DNA from: Dimorphilus gyrociliatus
Taxonomy: Eukaryota > Animalia > Annelida
Assembly (NCBI GenBank): GCA_904063045.1
Contig: CAJFCJ010000001.1
Coordinates: 2,294,001 to 2,358,000, forward strand
DNA: 64,000 nt
Direction: 5' to 3'
The notes under the pieces are model-generated. The model had not been told where the DNA came from. It ran no database searches and saw only the letters and a list, made by a program, of their open reading frames with translations. The stretch's first letter is position 1. Each line of letters starts with the position of its first letter. The translations under genes and the position numbers were made by a program. This document shows, in pieces, positions 61,427 to 64,000 of this stretch.

Positions 61427-64000
61427 CGCTGTCTTTCCCTTTGCACTCCTATCTATATTTTCTATTTACCACTCCTCCTCTACTGTTGGAAGGTAATGTT
61501 TACAGCTAAGAAAAAGAGATATTTGTAAGTTAAATGTGTAACTCTAATTTCGGCTATTTGAGTCATGGAATTAATTTATTGTATCAGTATAATGTTACAT
61601 CTACAAGTATATAAATATACTTATGTTTATATTCTATATAGTTGCTTAAAAACGATATATACAATAATAGATATATCTGTTTTTAAATAGACAATCATTC
61701 AATTATTTATTAAAGGTATTACTATATATTTAATTCAAGATGAAAGAAAAAAAGCATAAACCTATAATCAACCTTAAATAGTTAATTATGTTCGTTTAAA
61801 AAAATTCTTATTGAATGATAAAGGAAAACAGAATTTTTGTTATTTTATACACATATATATATAACAAATTAAATAAACCCAACTAATTCAGTATTTTCAT
61901 TACTTTTTAGTAAGCAACTACGCATATTGTACATATATAAACTAGTATGCTAGCTTTTAAGACCGTATTATATGCAGTACTTAAATTTAAAAATCAGGTG
62001 ATTTTATTTTTTTCTCATTATCTTCGATGATCATACGATGCAAAAATTTTTAGAGTAAATATTAGCTTATGAATATTCAAAATTGTACAGGCCAGTTTTT
62101 TTCTTATATTATTCATGGAAAGAAATTAGCGCAATATGAAATGATAAATAAAATTAATAGAATGACATATATTACATATGTAAAATTGGGAATAAACACT
62201 ATTTAATCCTTTCTATTTATATAAATCAACTACGTAAATTTATCAAAACTATTTAAAAAAAATCTCTCTTTGACATTCATAGAATTCCATTATAAATAAA
62301 ATAAAAACAACAAAGTACTATCTAGATTAACAATATTCAAGATCTTTCAATGTCCTTTTCTATATAAATAGAATTGAACTATTTTCATTTCTACTGTCAA
62401 ACTTTAAATGGGAAAATAAAGATGTAATTGCGGAGAAATTGATTACTATTTCAATAGTTAGTGTTGTCTGGAGATTGTTAGTTCGTTAACCTTTCACTGA
62501 AATTATTCTTTAAGATATATCAACTTGACCTAATATACTGTACTACAGTTTCTACTTTTGAAGGTTAATAAGCTGCTAGTCTAGCGCCACCTATTAATAC
62601 ATAAGAATAGTTTGATAATGATAAAGAGTAATTTTTCCTGGATTTATTGATAGCATATCTAAAAGTAAAGCCGATAGTGTAACCTGGTTTAAAAATAGTT
62701 AATAGTTAATATTAGTGGAAAAATGAAATAGAACAAACAGATAATTACCATCATTCACTAACATTGTATATTTATAATAAAGTGTTACCTTCATCCTTTC
62801 ATCATCTAAAATTAAAGTTATTTCCAACCTATTTACTATGGAAGAAGTATAAGATAATGCAGTTGTTTCTGCTATTTATTCAAATACAATTAATGGAAAG
62901 AAAGATAGAGCAAGTAATAAATGTGCATGTTTCTGAAAGAGAAAGCATAAAAGATAATTTCTTCTTTTCTTTTCCAGGTATTATTCCTCTATAAAATATA
63001 AATTAATTAATAAATAAACTAAAAAGTCATATTGTTTTTACCGTTATTTCTTTTGATTATATATTGATAACTGATATGCTGTTGTATTGTTTTCTTTTTT
63101 TTATAACTGTACAAACTCCATTAGCCGAATTCTTTATCACTTGGATATCGGTTACAAAACTTTGAAATGGATTATTGTACAAAGTTTAATGTATATTATA
63201 AAAAATAAAAGATATTAACCTAGCTTCTTCATTAATTAAGGTTTTATTTCTTTTTTTTTATTGAAATCTTATCTTCTATGTTTTCGTTCAATTATATTCA
63301 AATTGGAAATACTTATGCCATTATCTTATTATCTAATAGAAAACTCCCCTGTCTCCTAGACCTTGGATCTTGTTAATAAAAATTTATGGACTTTTCAATA
63401 TTTACTAGAAATATTTTCAAGGATAAAAAGACGCGGAAATGTTGTTTGTTTATAATTTTGAAATGAGATGAAAGATTTGATAAAACAAAGAAAGAAAGCA
63501 GTTCGGGAATAAAAATTGAATCCTTTTCTTTCAAATCTTCAATTTACTTGATTCATTGATTGTACAGTAATTCCATAGAACTATATTGAAAGTTCTCTCT
63601 CTCTCTCTGTATAACATACATTACTTTGATGATCATCTTCTCCCTAGGATAACGATATTCTATATTAAATGCTGCTTATATTCTTTCTTTACCTAATCAT
63701 GAAATTATGATATTTTAAACTTAATCGATGCTAAAATGTTTATTTGCTAATAAAAAAACCCAGTTAAATAGTTAAATATTCATATTGAAGTTATAACACT
63801 TAACATCTCTTTATTATTAATAAGCTTTTCCTATCCAAACAAAACTTCATACCTTGTAAAAAGCTGCATATTTTCCACTGACAGATATATAGGACACTGC
63901 AAATTCATCCTTTTTTTTATAAGATGACACGGATTGAACACAGTCTGCAATATACAACTTTTTTCTCGTTGTTTCTTTTAATATCTCTTGATGTTGCATA

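Noticed and set aside
1-64000. Search for tRNA, rRNA, CRISPR arrays and transposase/reverse transcriptase
   Set aside because: No convincing tRNA A/B-box cloverleaf, spaced direct repeats, or TE coding motifs were seen by eye. Short non-autonomous elements cannot be excluded.

Overview
This is AT-rich eukaryotic (animal) genomic DNA with very short GT-AG introns (many 50-70 nt). The gene content points to a lophotrochozoan with a compact genome, possibly an annelid; that assignment is inference. Manual splicing supports about 16 protein-coding genes, in order: the 5' part of midasin (MDN1, minus, runs off the left edge and was missed by the ORF track), radial spoke head RSPH4/6, an orphan spliced gene, EFCAB2, hnRNP U/UL1, a small secreted Cys-rich peptide with eclosion-hormone-like Cys spacing, a 4-exon PDGF/VEGF-like growth factor, SPATA2, an acyl-protein thioesterase (LYPLA), chondroitin sulfate synthase, a peptide-receptor-like GPCR, a 6-finger C2H2 gene, three tandem SLC16/MCT-like transporters, a second degenerate GPCR, a candidate lipidated microprotein, and an estrogen-receptor-type nuclear receptor. 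I recognised no tRNA, rRNA, CRISPR array or transposase/RT. The most notable observations are the ER with Gln at the E353-equivalent ligand position, the EH-like peptide, a candidate poison exon in hnRNP U, the one-exon-per-finger ZF gene, a possible dual-start LYPLA, and a PVF missing two canonical cysteines. All exon boundaries were read by eye.
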